DNA of 64,000 bases from Octopus vulgaris (GCA_951406725.2 OX597823.1:50964001-51028000); one strand, 5' to 3'; counted from the stretch's first letter, positions 1 through 13,226 are shown. Made by a program: numbers and translations. The notes: generated by a model from the letters alone, not told the origin.

Positions 1-115
1 AAGGATGAAAGACAAAGTCGACCACGGCGGAATTTGAACTCACAACGTAACGACAGACGAAATACCGCTAAGCATTTCGCCCGGGGGTACTAACGTTTCT
101 GCCAGCTTGCTGCTT
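1..115 (-). mobile_element. SINE family A (tRNA head + Meta/MESC-like core), partial
   Basis: The reverse complement reads GCAAGCTGGCAGAAACGTTAG...TGAGTTCAAATTCCGCCGTGGTCGACTTTGTCTTTCATCCTT, with A/B-box-like motifs. The same sequence recurs more than 15 times in the window. Confidence 0.85.
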
Positions 116-511
116 TACATAATGCTATAAATAAAAGCATGTAAATATTGCATATATAAAAATAAAACCAATTTCGATAGAAAAATCCCAGGTTTTATGT
201 CGAGATGAAGGTTCCACGGACAGCCTTCGCGGGTTTTATCCAAAAAGATCTTTGAATCCAATATTAACATGTTTTCATTTATACCTTTAGATGCTTAGAA
301 AGATTCGCAGTTCTAAAATATAAGTATATACATGCACTTGTGTTTGCGAATGTATTGTTGACGTGTTTATATATATGAGTGCTTGTATGTTCGTATAGTT
401 CTATGTACATAACGGTAGTCTTATTTAAACAACCCTCCTTTAGAGTGGAACCTTTTTGATAGCAATAACCAGCTGATACTTTATACGAAACTTTAATTAG
501 CAGCTTTCACA

Positions 512-512
<1 letters not shown>

Positions 513-584
<72 letters not shown>

Positions 585-635
585 CATCCATCCATCCATC
601 CATCCTATCCATCCATCCATCCATCCCATCCATCC

Positions 636-726
<91 letters not shown>

Positions 727-745
727 CATCCATCCATCCATCCAT
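513..745. repeat. (TATC)n/(TCCA)n microsatellite
   Basis: Tandem repeat read directly. Confidence 0.98.
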
Positions 746-747
746 AT

Positions 748-1539
748 AGGCACGCCTTCCCGCAGCTCGTCTCACTGACCGAACTGCTAACGTGGATCAG
801 GAAGAGACCGAAACTGGGCGATTGGCACCAAGAGTGTCACCAAGCTCTACAGCAGCTCTGCCGACCGGGGTCAAACTTGTGCAACTTACAAACGACTAAA
901 GCGTTCTATAGAGGACTAGAGGAGGGGAGGTCCGACGACACACTCGGGGCAAACCTGGGCGTCGACGAGAAATTCCTAACCCGCCTGTTCAGGACGACGT
1001 TCGGGCCGGGGCTTATGGATAACTTCCAGAAATCCCTGGCTTGGCAATGCTATCGGGACGCACTACCTGTTCGAGAGAAGAGCTACAGGCACGGTTCGAA
1101 AACCATCAACGGACCGACCTGCCCGAGATGCGGTCAGAGCGACGAAACCGTTCTGCACGCACTCGTGCAGTGTCCAGATATTTCAGAGCTGTGGAACTTC
1201 GTCGAACAGCTGTTGTCGCGTGTAGGACGGACCCGCCTATCGGCCGAGTCTATAGTCAATATTGTTCCACCACCTTCCTTTAAACGGGAAGGGAAAACGG
1301 TTTTCGTTACGCTGATGGCTATGGCGAAAGAATGTGTGTGGTGGACGCGTTTGAAAGGACTGCAAACAAACACCTTCCTCTCTGGTCAGGTTCTCGTCAA
1401 TTTTTTCAAGTACCACTTGAAAAGGAGGATGAGAATAGAGAGGAAGGCTTTGTTGAACGAATGTTTTAATAAAATGTGGGTAAAAGTGGCAAAAATGGTC
1501 AGTATGAAAGACGACACTATTTTAAACGTAAATCTGTGA
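748..1539 (+). pseudogene. Retrotransposon ORF2 C-terminal fragment (zinc knuckle region, no RT core)
   Basis: ORF 877..1539 stays open upstream to 748 ([22 protein letters not shown]...). There is no genuine start because the copy is 5'-truncated. Confidence 0.8.
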
Positions 1540-1653
1540 CCAAAAGAGACAACGAGAGGTAAGGCGACTTATCATATATTCATTTTCGAACTGTCTGAGG
1601 TGACCTTGGTTTTTTTCTGTAGGTTTTTCTTTCCAGGGCTACACCTAAACTGA

Positions 1654-1707
<54 letters not shown>

Positions 1708-1853
1708 TATACACCACACAACTCACAGATCCCTATTGATCGAACGTTTTTTTCTTTGTGTCCCACCCATCCCACCTCGAAAAGAAAAAAACTCTACATT
1801 GTATTTCGTCCATTTTTATTCTGTGTTTAGCCCTGTGTGGCCACAATAAAAAG

Positions 1854-1855
<2 letters not shown>
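748..1855 (+). mobile_element. 5'-truncated Tx1/L1-like non-LTR retrotransposon (ORF2 C-terminus + 3' UTR)
   Basis: Uninterrupted frame 748-1539 with a zf-RVT-type CCHC motif (CPRC...ETVLHALVQC...LW). The 3' UTR ends AATAAAAAG and runs into (TATC)n. Confidence 0.85.
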
Positions 1856-2047
<192 letters not shown>

Positions 2048-2057
2048 CTCCTACTCT

Positions 2058-2184
2058 GATGTAATCTCCAGAGATACAGGCATCCAGCAACAGGACCTCC
2101 TTAATGCCATAATGGACCGTGAAGTCTGGCGTAGCATGCGAAATTCCATTGTCTCGACCACGGTCGAACAATGATGATGATGAT
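2058..2184 (+). mobile_element. RTE-clade LINE 3' end
   Basis: Translates [27 protein letters not shown] (DRxxWR motif typical of RTE C-termini), followed by a (GAT)n tail. Confidence 0.7.
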
Positions 2185-2346
2185 GTATCTATCTGTCTGT
2201 CTGTCTGTTTGTCTGTTTGTCTGTTTCTCTTTTTCTCTCTTCCTCTCTCTCTCTCTCGCTCTCTGTAGATACAGATATATTAATATATGTGTGTGCATAT
2301 ATATAAGTATGTGCGTACGCGCGAGCGTTTGTATGTATGTGTATAT

Positions 2347-2777
2347 AACAACCCTTCTTGTCTTGTTATTTTCCTTGTCCTGTCTTTTACTGCTTATATT
2401 TTGTACTGTCGTTACTGTCCTGTTTTTGTTATCATTTTTACCCCTCTGCGAAAAGATCTCAAATTTTATTTGATTTGCTTTTCGCAGGAAGGAAAGTTTC
2501 TATCGAAGATACGTCTCGCCTTCACCTTCGAAACGTAGCGTAGATGAAACCATGGCGACTGAAGAAGGAGTTGTTTTCCTTGTGTTATTTGTCCTGTACT
2601 CTATTTGTTTGTTGTTTAAGAAAAATGTCCAGTTCCTTGGGTTTGTGTCTATCTTTTCGTTTCTTATTGTGTTTGACGTATTTTTTTTGGTGTCCTGTAC
2701 TCATATATGCGTGTATATATACATGTAGAGGTAGGTACGTACATATATGTAAATATATATGCATATGTTTTATTTAT

Positions 2778-2780
<3 letters not shown>
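2347..2780 (+). mobile_element. Non-coding Penelope-like terminal segment (same family as 42793-43904)
   Basis: Shares GCAGGAAGG...CCTTCGAAAC...CTGA(A/T)GAA...TTGTCCTGTACTC...GGTGTCCTGTACTCATATAT with the reverse complement of 42800-43110, and ends in (TA)n. Confidence 0.6.
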
Positions 2781-2841
<61 letters not shown>

Positions 2842-3024
2842 TATGTATATACATATTAAAATTAATCCTTCAGCTATTTAATGCTTTCCTTGTGCCAGCG
2901 ATCGCCTATATTATTAATTCTGTTATAATTTCATTTTTTAAAATAGTCATTCCAGATAACAAAATTAATAATATCTTACCAAATTAATTTTCGAGAATTA
3001 CATTTTTCTCGCGAATTATTTGAC

Positions 3025-3152
<128 letters not shown>

Positions 3153-3227
3153 GGTAAGATAACAAAAGAAAGAAAGAGACCTCAATATTATGTAAATAGA
3201 GGAAAAGATATATATATATATATATAT

Positions 3228-3263
<36 letters not shown>

Positions 3264-3327
3264 TCACATACATATTATATCTATAAATTTTACATAATAT
3301 CGAGGTCTCATTATTCTTGTGTTGCCA

Positions 3328-3428
<101 letters not shown>

Positions 3429-4278
3429 TACGTGTGTGTGCGTGTATGTGTCTGTTGTGTTCGTGTATCTTCGTGAGTATGTGTAGGTTTTGCGTGTTTG
3501 TATGTGTATGCGTGTGTGTGCGTATGTGTGTGCGTGTGCGTGTGTGCGTGCGTGCGTGCGTGTGTGTCCTTATCTTCTCAGCATGTCAACTAAAGTAAAT
3601 CCTGCGAAAACAATTCCACACCGTATGCATCAGAGAAAGAACCTGCAGTTTGTGTACGTGTGTCCGATCCGCTGCCGATCATTGCTTCTTGTTTGCTAAA
3701 TGTGCAACGCTTTACCATTATATGCCGCTACTGCTGCTGTTGTTGTTGTTGTTGTTGTTGTTGTTCTTAAGCAGAAGATCTCCGAACGAGTAGGTGATAA
3801 TAATTAAAGACTTTCCAGTCGTGACCTTTCTGGATTGTATCTTTTATATGTTTTAATCATGTGAGTGCGGCCATACTGGAGCACCGCCTTGAGAATTTTT
3901 TTAGTCCCCTGAATCGAATACCCAGCACTTATGTCTCTTTTTAAAGCCTGGTACGTACTCTATTGGTTTCTTTAACCGAACCACTAAGTTACAGTTATAT
4001 CCAATGTATTCTTATATCTAAGGATACATTAAGCGATGTTTACTTCCTTGTTTTGCTTTTAATAAAGACAATTTATTGAAGGTTAAGTCTCATTCACTCT
4101 GGGTTACCGGCAGTTTGTACATTCGTCGGTTCTTTAAGGATATGTGTTTCTGTGTGTGTGTGTGTTTGTGGATGCGTGTGCGCATGTGTGTTTGTGGGTG
4201 TGTGTATGTATCATGTATGTGTGTGTGTATGTATATATATATATATATTATATGCACGCATATATGTATATCTATATG

Positions 4279-4314
<36 letters not shown>

Positions 4315-4630
4315 TATATAAATATATATACGTGTGTGTATATATATATATGTGTGTGTGTGTATATCTAAAGCTTTCTATCTATCTATGTATGTATGTG
4401 TCTATCTATATCTATATCTATCTATATATATATATATATATATATATATCCATCAATCTGTCTGTCCATACTAATGCTGACATTTGTTATCGCTACAGCG
4501 CCGTTCTTCCGCCAGAAGTCATTCATGACGTGACCGTGACGTCTTTTGACTTATGGGACTAAATCAAACTAACACCGGATGTCATAAACACATACATACA
4601 CATAAGCACACACGTATATATTCATCCATA

Positions 4631-4664
<34 letters not shown>

Positions 4665-4731
4665 CTTATATATACATACATGCATACGTACATACGTAGA
4701 TATGTACATACATACATACATACATAGTTAG

Positions 4732-5052
4732 GAGCACTCCGTCGGATACGACGACGAGGGCCCCAGCTGATACGATCAACGGAACAGCCATCTCGTGAAA
4801 TTAACGTGCATGTGGCTGAGCACTCCACAGATACGTATACCCTTAACGTATTTCTCAGCGAGATTCGGTGTGACACAGAGTGTGACAAGGCTGGCCCTTT
4901 GAAATACAATACTACTCATTTTTGCCAGCTGACCGTACTGGAGTAATGTGAAATAAAGTGTCTTGCTCAAGGACACAACGTGTTGCCGGGAATTGAACTC
5001 ACGACCTTACGATCGTCAGCCGAATGCCCTAACCACAAACCACGCGCCTTCA
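4732..5052 (-). mobile_element. tRNA-derived SINE family C
   Basis: Minus-strand head GGCGCGTGGTTTGTGGTTAGG...GAGTTCAATTCCCGG (A/B boxes), then CORE-like TGTGTCCTTGAGCAAGACACTTTA. A fragment also occurs at about 44415-44490. Confidence 0.8.
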
Positions 5053-5475
5053 CATACATAAGAAAACACTTACCCAATGTACCGCGTAATCGGACTGAAC
5101 CAGTAGCCATATAATTGCGAAGTAGACCTAACCACACAGCCACTAGTACCAAGGAAATCCAGATCGAGCAGATCATAGACGAGAGACATTCTACCCACGA
5201 CCATCCTGCCTTTTTACATGTATGTAGGACTATATTATGGAGCGTGTTATTTCTCTGTTGCTTAAGTCAGTAGCGTTCGAATTAAAACAAATTCGCAGCT
5301 ATCTTTTCTTTACTTCTTTGTTTTAACATTATAGATGTTGTTTAGCCGCAGTTCAACCCTAATGAACCAGAATGGCGATTAAAAGCATTCCATTTGAGAC
5401 CATCCCACCTTTTCTTCTCAGTGAGGAACCTGGGATTACATCATCAAGTATGAGCTTTTCTTATTTAGTAAATCC

Positions 5476-5695
5476 ATTAGCATTTAAACCGGCCACATTA
5501 GGCCCAGATATTCTATCTATTTTATGATCAACCGGCCAGATCTGACCTCTCACACTCGCCCTACAATATCATTCTAGAAATACCCAATGACAACTTTGAA
5601 ATTTCTCAGCTTTGAGATAATGCAGGATTAATTCAAGACAATGTCGATAAATAAGCATTAGATTTGATACGGTAAGTAGTTAATAGGGACATAAT
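5476..5695. mobile_element. Decayed MITE-like repeat (possibly piggyBac-type)
   Basis: About 220 bp of non-coding sequence starting TTAGCATTTAAACCGGCC. The termini are eroded, and recognition rests on resemblance only. Confidence 0.35.
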
Positions 5696-5707
5696 TAAAC
5701 AAGATAT

Positions 5708-6285
5708 TTGGTATTTCGTCTGCCGCTAAGTTCTGAGTTCAAATTCCGCCGAGGTCGACTTTGCTTTTCATCCTTTCGGGGTCGATTAAATAAGTACCAG
5801 TTACGCACTGGGGTCGATGTAATCGACTTAATCCGTTTGTTTGTCCTTGATTGTCACCTCTGTGTGTAGCCCCTTATGGGCAGTAAAGAAATACGTATTT
5901 CGTCTGCCACTACGTTCTGAGTTCAAATTCCGCCGAGGTCGACTTTGCCTTTCATCCTTTCGGGGTCGATTAAATAAGTACCAGTTACGTACTGAGGTCG
6001 ATATAATTGACTTAATCCGTTTATCTGTCCTTGTTTGTCCCCTCTGTGCGTAGCCCCTTGTAGGGAGTAAAGAAATAAGAATCGTTAGCACGCTGGACAA
6101 AATGCATAGAGGCAAATTTTCGGTCTTTACGTTCTGAGTTCAAATTCCACCGAAGTCGACTGTACAGTTCTTCCTTTCGGGGTCGATAAAATAAGTACCA
6201 GTTGAATAAGTTGAATACTAGGGTCAATGTAATTGACTTACCCACTCCCTGAGATTGCCGGCTTTGTGCCAAAATTTGAAATCAA
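5708..6285 (+). mobile_element. SINE family A trimeric array
   Basis: Three successive TTCTGAGTTCAAATTCC...CTTTCGGGGTCGAT...AAGTACCAGTT units joined by GCCCCTT(G/A)T..G.AGTAAAGAAATA linkers. Confidence 0.9.
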
Positions 6286-6692
6286 TATTTCCAGTATTTC
6301 GATTAACCACATAGTGTTCCTGATTAGCTCGTTAGTGGATCGTATCTTTCTTAGAGTTTATATCTGTTTATATCACCAATTTGATACAGAAGAGAGAAAA
6401 ACTCTAGGAAAGGTTGTTTTATTGTCTCTTTCTTTGTGAAAATTTAGGCTATATTATATGAGTATAATAGGATAACGTGGTAACTTCCGTAGAGTCTATT
6501 TTTATACGGAAAAATGCTTAATATATTTGAGCAGAATTATTCTGAGCAGAATTGTTTTAAGAGCTCAACGCTTCAAGCGCCTCGAGATCTGAAACAGGAA
6601 ACTCCTAGTAGAAAAGCAATTTAAAATGACATTAAAATGCTTGCGCGCGCCTTTGTCTATGTGTGCATGTGTGATAGTGCGCACAACCGCAT

Positions 6693-6748
<56 letters not shown>

Positions 6749-7192
6749 TATATGCGCGTGTGTGTGTATGTATATATTATATACATAATACATGCAGACA
6801 CACATATATATATGTCATAAATGACAGAGATAGTTTGATGAAATTTTATCTACCAAACGAAAATTCTAATATTACAACAAATTGTTTCGTCACTTAAAAA
6901 CATGTAAATAATTTATACTATTATATTTAATATCAAATAAATTGCTTACAAGAGAGACTAATAACCTGGTGTAGACCTCCACGCACAAAGGATTCAGAAC
7001 GAAGTGGCAGTCGAGTACAGAGCAGTAATAAGAAAATATATCTGCTTCTGCTATAAAATGTAGTGCAGCCATATTTGAGGGCTTGTACATCACCTTATAA
7101 CTTAATCGGAGTATAAATGCATATAGTTACACACACATATATATATATATATGTGTATGTGCGCTTGTGTGTGAATGAACGTATGATGTCTA

Positions 7193-7289
<97 letters not shown>

Positions 7290-7795
7290 CCATCAATCTA
7301 TCTGTCCATACTAATGTTGACATTTGTTGTGACTATAGCTCTTCTTCCGCCTGAAGTCATTCATGACGTGACTGTGACGCCATTTGACTTATTGGACTAA
7401 ATCAAACTAACACCGGTTGTCAAGCGGATGTCATAAACACATACATACACATAAGCACACACGTATATATTCATCTATATGTATGTGTATATGTGTGAGT
7501 GTCTGTGAGTGTATATATATATGTGTGTCTGTGCGTCTGTGTAAAAGCATACAAAGTTATAAGCCTTCAAATCTCTTATATTTTACTTTTCAATCCTCTT
7601 TTTAATTTTTCCTCATTATCTATGAATATCATTAACGATATAAAGCATGAGAGAGTCTCTAATACCTAAATTAGCAGTCACATTTCCATCAAATAACACA
7701 ACCTACCCTCTTGCATTTTTTTTTAAAGACAGGTGATTTGAAAATACGGTTCGAATGCCACGGTTGGAAATACATTAATCATGTGCGTACGCGAT

Positions 7796-7900
7796 TACTT
7801 ACTTACTTACTTGTACTTGCGGCGGCATTCACCCGGGCTGGCTTGAGCCAGCTACGGCCAACTAGTTCACCATTCCTCTCATGAAAGCTTACCAGATCCG
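7796..7900 (-). mobile_element. LINE 3' end with (TAAG)n tail, RTE-like
   Basis: The minus strand ends ...CCCGGGTGAATGCCGCCGCAAGTACAAGTAAGTAAGTAAG. Confidence 0.5.
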
Positions 7901-8317
7901 ACGGTGGACTCTAACGCTCCAACAGGCAAAGTAATGTTTTGCCTGCAGCTCCAAAATCCAGCTTGCGTATTTGGCAACTGCCCCATAGAGAGCAAGCGCG
8001 TTGGATTGTGGGGACGCCGTATCTGTAGTCATCATTCATTGTTGGGGTGCAGAGTTCCCGATTAACGTTGAATCGGCACCAACAACAATAATTCATTTAT
8101 TCAACAATTAAGCTTTTACTGTAATTACAGCTCCATATCTACACACTACCGATTACAGGCGTCAGCTATGGTGTTTAGCAGGGATGCGCTGTCGATATTT
8201 TAGAAATACAAATAAAAAATAGCAATAATAAAATACCAACTTGCAAAAAGCACAGTTCCTGTCTGTACTGGCAATAAATTAGACATGATCTGGATCAGTA
8301 CTACACGAAGCCTAAGT

Positions 8318-8445
8318 ACATACATTCATACATACATACATACATACATACATACATACATACATACATACATACATACATACATACATACATACATACA
8401 TACATACATACATACATACATACATACATACATACATACATACAT
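8318..8445. repeat. (CATA)n microsatellite
   Basis: Tandem repeat read directly. Confidence 0.98.
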
Positions 8446-8779
8446 AAAGACATACAGTATATCTTTCCACGATATGTTCACTGGTTTCAGTGCATACTGG
8501 GTCATCGCCATCATAGCTTTTAGTCGGTCATATAGATCCCAGAAAATTTTTTGTTTCTGCACACCAAATGTACCTTATATATCTTTCTCTCTCCACAACC
8601 ACATACACAAACACACAAACACACACCTACACACACACAGAGGCACACGAACACATACACAGACTTGAATACACGCAACCACACACACACACATAGAAGT
8701 GCTGTTATAAGGCGGAAGTTATTCTACTACACTACAGTGACCGGCATATTTTGCGTCTGAACCTGCCTAGACGTGTTGA

Positions 8780-9300
8780 GAATAGATATGAGAATAATCG
8801 CTCCACATTTTGCAGTACACGATACGAATATGTCGTAGTAGACTATGTCACACTTGCGTATAAGACAACATGTAGCGCGGTGACTTTGAAGAGACTGGCA
8901 AGACGTAGGGTTTTGTCTAGCTTTGCTCCAAACACATCTTTTAATCGATTCTCTACGCCGCAAAGGGCCGTTGAAAGATCCGTGTTAGGAATAAAATTGC
9001 GAGAAAATATTTGAAACAATTAGAGAACGGGGCGGAGTGAATTACGTGATCACAGAATAAGAAATCACAAGTCCCCTTGGGCCGAATATGTCGCAAAATT
9101 CAACTCGTGCATTTCCTAAGTGGTATACAAGAAAACGGAAAATACAACTCGAAAGACCTTCACCACAATGGAAAGAGAAGAATTCAGTAAAAACAATTTT
9201 GGACAAAATGAGACACCAGCAAGAAAAAAAAAATGACGTAATCAAGGAAGATCTGGAAGCGTATTGCAGCCAACGGTGTCTAACAACATGCAAAAGTGTG
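8780..9300 (+). mobile_element. Degenerate RTE-like LINE fragment
   Basis: Translation includes QRAVERSVLGIKLRENI, matching the post-RT region of RTE elements. The frame is broken by frameshifts. Confidence 0.6.
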
Positions 9301-9478
9301 GTCTATACAGTAGTATGAGTGTTTGTGTGTTTGTGCACAGATACATAAATAAGTAGACACACAGCCATACAGACAGACAGATAGCTAGCTAGATAGATAG
9401 ATGTTGAGATAGATATATGAAGCAATAAAACATTTTCTATGCAAGGTCGTATTTTCTTGCAATGTTTAACGAAGACCA

Positions 9479-9866
9479 AGGCGGCGCGCTGGCAGAAACG
9501 AATTGCTCGGCGGTATTTCGTCTGTCGCTACGTTCTAAGTTCAAATTCCGCCGAGGTCGACTTTGCCTTTCATCCTTTCGGGGTTGATTAAATAAGTACC
9601 AGTTACGCACTGGGGTCGATATTATCGACTTAATCCGTTTGTCTATCCTTGTTCGTCCCCTCTGTGTTTAGCCCCTTGTGGGTAGTAAAGAAATAGGTAT
9701 TTCGTCTGCCACTACGTTCTGAGTTCAAATTCCGCCGAGATCGACTTTGCCTTCCATCCTTTCGCGATCGATAAATTAAGTACCAGTTGTGTACTGGGGT
9801 CGATCTAATCGACTGACCTCCTTTCCAAAGATTTCGGGCCTTGTGCCTAGAGTAGAAAAGAATATT
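9479..9866 (+). mobile_element. SINE family A dimer
   Basis: Head GGCGGCGCGCTGGCAGAA, two cores, tail GGGCCTTGTGCCTAGAGTAGAAAAGAATATT. Confidence 0.9.
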
Positions 9867-10431
9867 TACCGAAGACTTCTATAGATAGAATTAGAATGTA
9901 AATTAGAATAACATAAATAAACCGAACTATGCGTCGTGAAAAGACAGGAATATACTCTTCCTTCAATCCAAGTATTTGCAATACATAAACATCCATCTAT
10001 TTATTTAACATGTTGGCTTTGTCAGTTAGCCACAAGAGGTAGCTATTCGAAATACAATGGTTATATAATCTAGTAATGGACATAAAGTAAAATCAAAGTA
10101 TATTACAAGTAAAGCCGAAATTTATTCACCAAAAGACCGCTTGCGAAGATTAAAGCATACATTGTAACACTTTGCATATCAAAATTTTTACATTTTGACT
10201 GATTCCGTATGCTATTAAGTGTGTGTTTGTGTGTGTTTGTGTGTGAGTGTGTATGTGTGTGTGTGTGTGTGTATGTCTGTGTGTGTGTGTGCATATACAT
10301 ACATACATATATACGTACATGGATACATATAAAATATACAACCATCTATCTATTTATTTATCTATCTATCTCATTCTCACCTCCCCCTATCTCTCTCTCT
10401 CTATGTATATATTGTTGGTATCATTATTTTT

Positions 10432-10820
10432 TATACTATAGACACAAGGCTTGAAATTTTGGGGAAAGGAGCAAGTCGATTACATCGACCCCAGTACTCA
10501 ACTGGTACTTAATTTATCGACCCCGAAAGGATGAAAGGCAAAGTCGACCTCGGCGGAATTTGAACTCAGAACGTAGCAGCAGACGAAATACCTATTTCTT
10601 TATTACCCACAAGGGGCTAAACATAGAGGGGACAAACAAGGACAGACATAGGTATTAAGTCAATTACATCGACCCCAGTGCGTAACTGGTACTTATTTTA
10701 TCGACCCCGAAAGGATGAAAGGCAAAGTCGACCTCGGCGGAATTTGAAATCACAACGTAACGACAGACGAAATACCGCTAAGCATTTCACCCGGTGTGTT
10801 AACGATTCTGCCTGCTCGCT
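10432..10820 (-). mobile_element. SINE family A dimer
   Basis: Reverse complement of the 9479-9866 structure. Confidence 0.9.
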
Positions 10821-11186
10821 AATGTAGGAACTTGGAGAAAATGTGAAATAATTGTTATGGAGCGGTGAAAACCGAAGCAAATAACGCTATAATTAATATC
10901 TTTTAAATAATAGGGCGTAAAATACTTTCGATACAAAAAGTCGAAGGCTGTTTATTGGACTCCAGTAAATATGGCTGGTATTACTACTATTAGAGCAAAG
11001 GAAATCTTCGACTTTCACTGGTAAGAATAAAGTTTTTTTAATTCGAAGGATTGTTTTGGTCCGATGGTAGAAAGCTTGTAATGTATACACACACACACAC
11101 ACATATATATATACGCGCGCACGAGTGTCTTTATGTGTTTGCATGAATGTTTGTATGTGTGTGTTTGTGGGTGTGTGTCTATGAGA

Positions 11187-11231
<45 letters not shown>

Positions 11232-11536
11232 TTGCAAAGAAGGACGACAAGGAAACCCACAGAAAATTCACACACAAGACATGGACATGCCCACCCTTCA
11301 TCGGTTATCGGCAAAGATCATCAAAATTTGGAGCCAATATCAATGACATTGTTCAGTTAAGTGGTGTCAGCTTCAAAGCGGTGCTGGAAAAATAGAACGG
11401 ACGTAAAGGATGGCGAAAAGGTAAGTAAAATCCAAACGACAACAGAATAAGGACAAAGCGTTTGGAAAACGACACAGGTTGTCGCTTTATATACATACAT
11501 GCATAAACATATATACATACATATACGTACATATAT

Positions 11537-11930
11537 TACTCTTTTACTTGTTTCAGTCATGTTGACAGTGGCCATGCTGGAGCATCGCCTTTAGTCGAGC
11601 AAATCGACCCCAGGACTTATTCTTTGTAAGCCTACTACTTATTCTATCGGTCTCTTTTACCGAACCGCTAAGTTACGTGGACGTAAACACACCAGCATCG
11701 GTTGTCAAGCGACGTTCGGGGGACAAACACAGACACACAAACATACACACACACACACACATATATATATAAATACATATATACGACGGGCTTCTTTTAG
11801 TTTCCGTCTACCAAATCTACTCACAAGGCTTTGGTCAGCCCGAGGCTATAGTAGAAAACACCTGCCCATGGTGCCACTCCGTGGGACAACCCGGAACCAC
11901 GTGGTAAACTACTTACCACACAGCCATTCC
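11537..11930 (-). mobile_element. SINE family B (tRNA head, CORE-like segment, internal (TA)/(TG) microsatellite, (TAAAAGAG) tail)
   Basis: Minus strand reads GGCTGTGTGGTAAGTAG...GGTTCCGGGTTG...CCATGGGCAGGTGTTTTCTACTATAGCC...GACTGAAACAAGTAAAAGAG. Confidence 0.9.
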
Positions 11931-11954
11931 TACTACTATATATATATATATAAT

Positions 11955-12242
11955 AATAAATAGGGAATAAATCCAAATTTACAGGGAAAAAATCAGATTT
12001 AGGATTAAATCCAATTTTATAGTAAAATATTATATAATATTAATTAGAGACAAAACCACTATTTTGCAAAACAAACTTCATAAATTGAAACTGATTTGAA
12101 AATCGGAAATCCACCTGAAGATTGTCATTAGACATGAAACAATTGTAGTGGCGGTTTTTTTATTTTTTACTTTTTATTAAAATTTCATGTATTGATTAAG
12201 TCTTTCCTTGTTTGTTTTGCAAAATAGTGGTTTTGTCTCTAA

Positions 12243-12250
<8 letters not shown>
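11955..12250 (+). mobile_element. Short Penelope-like element remnant with inverted termini and a hammerhead
   Basis: Inverted repeat of about 37 bp (12040-12076 / 12210-12246) encloses a hammerhead motif, with (TA)n on both sides. Confidence 0.7.
12111..12151 (+). ncRNA. Type I minimal hammerhead ribozyme
   Basis: CCAC-CTGAAGA-t-TGTC atta GACA-t-GAAAC-AATT-GT-A-GTGG. Stem I CCAC/GTGG, stem II TGTC/GACA, palindromic stem III ACAATTGT, GUA cleavage triplet. Confidence 0.85.
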
Positions 12251-12302
<52 letters not shown>

Positions 12303-13226
12303 ATAGCTGAAGCATTAAATTTATCAAGCGACATACTAAGTATGTCTAATTGCTGGAAATAACAGTCAAAACTCTTATTTAAATCGCCAAAATACACTGA
12401 TGACAACTACAGAAATCAACCGAAGGCAAATCAGGTTAAGACATTCTCCCAACGCACATTTAAGTATTTTGACTCATGTGGACCGGTTTCTTCACTGGCA
12501 AAAATAGCCTTAGCTTCTTCGGTGCGCATTACCTTGAAAGAGACATCCGACTTATCGTTATGAAGTCTGTGCCGCAACTGATTCGTTTGTGTCGTGTGTG
12601 TGTTTATACTTCCTGAAACTTGCCTTCTACGGTAGAAATCTGTGCTAAATGGGTAGAATCTATTCACTGAAATTGTAAGCCGTTGTTTATTATAAAAACA
12701 TTTATGTCTTCTAAGAGACTTAAAAGATAGTGATTTTGTTTGCGACAGTGCTGGATTTGAAAAGCAAGTAGGGTGCAGCCTATGGTCTTCTAAATTAATT
12801 TCACTCACATGGCGTTGGTCTAGTTAAGGCGATGACAAACATATGCAAGTTTGCTAATTGCCGATGAATCTGATTCAGAACAAACAGGAAAGCCTGCACG
12901 GAGGGCCTGGTGTGGGTTGGTCGTAATTTCCTTTTGTTTTTCCTTCCTTTTTCTCTTGTATGTGGGGCTTATCTTAGTTGATTTCATAGTTGATTTCATA
13001 GTTGATTTCATGCAGGTGACCTCCACCTGGGACGTTAGTAACCTGGACGTTAGTGACTAAGTCACACACACACAAACACACACATGCTCACATACATATA
13101 CACATGTATGTATGCATTCTGTATACCTACATATATATACATATATGTATGTGTGCGCTGTTGTGTAAAGATACTAACGTCTTTGTATATATGTGTACAT
13201 GTTTGTCTATATGCTAGTGTAAGTGA

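Noticed and set aside
5708-6285. Repeat-spacer appearance suggesting a CRISPR array
   Set aside because: These are multimeric SINE units in eukaryotic DNA, with no unique spacers and no cas genes.
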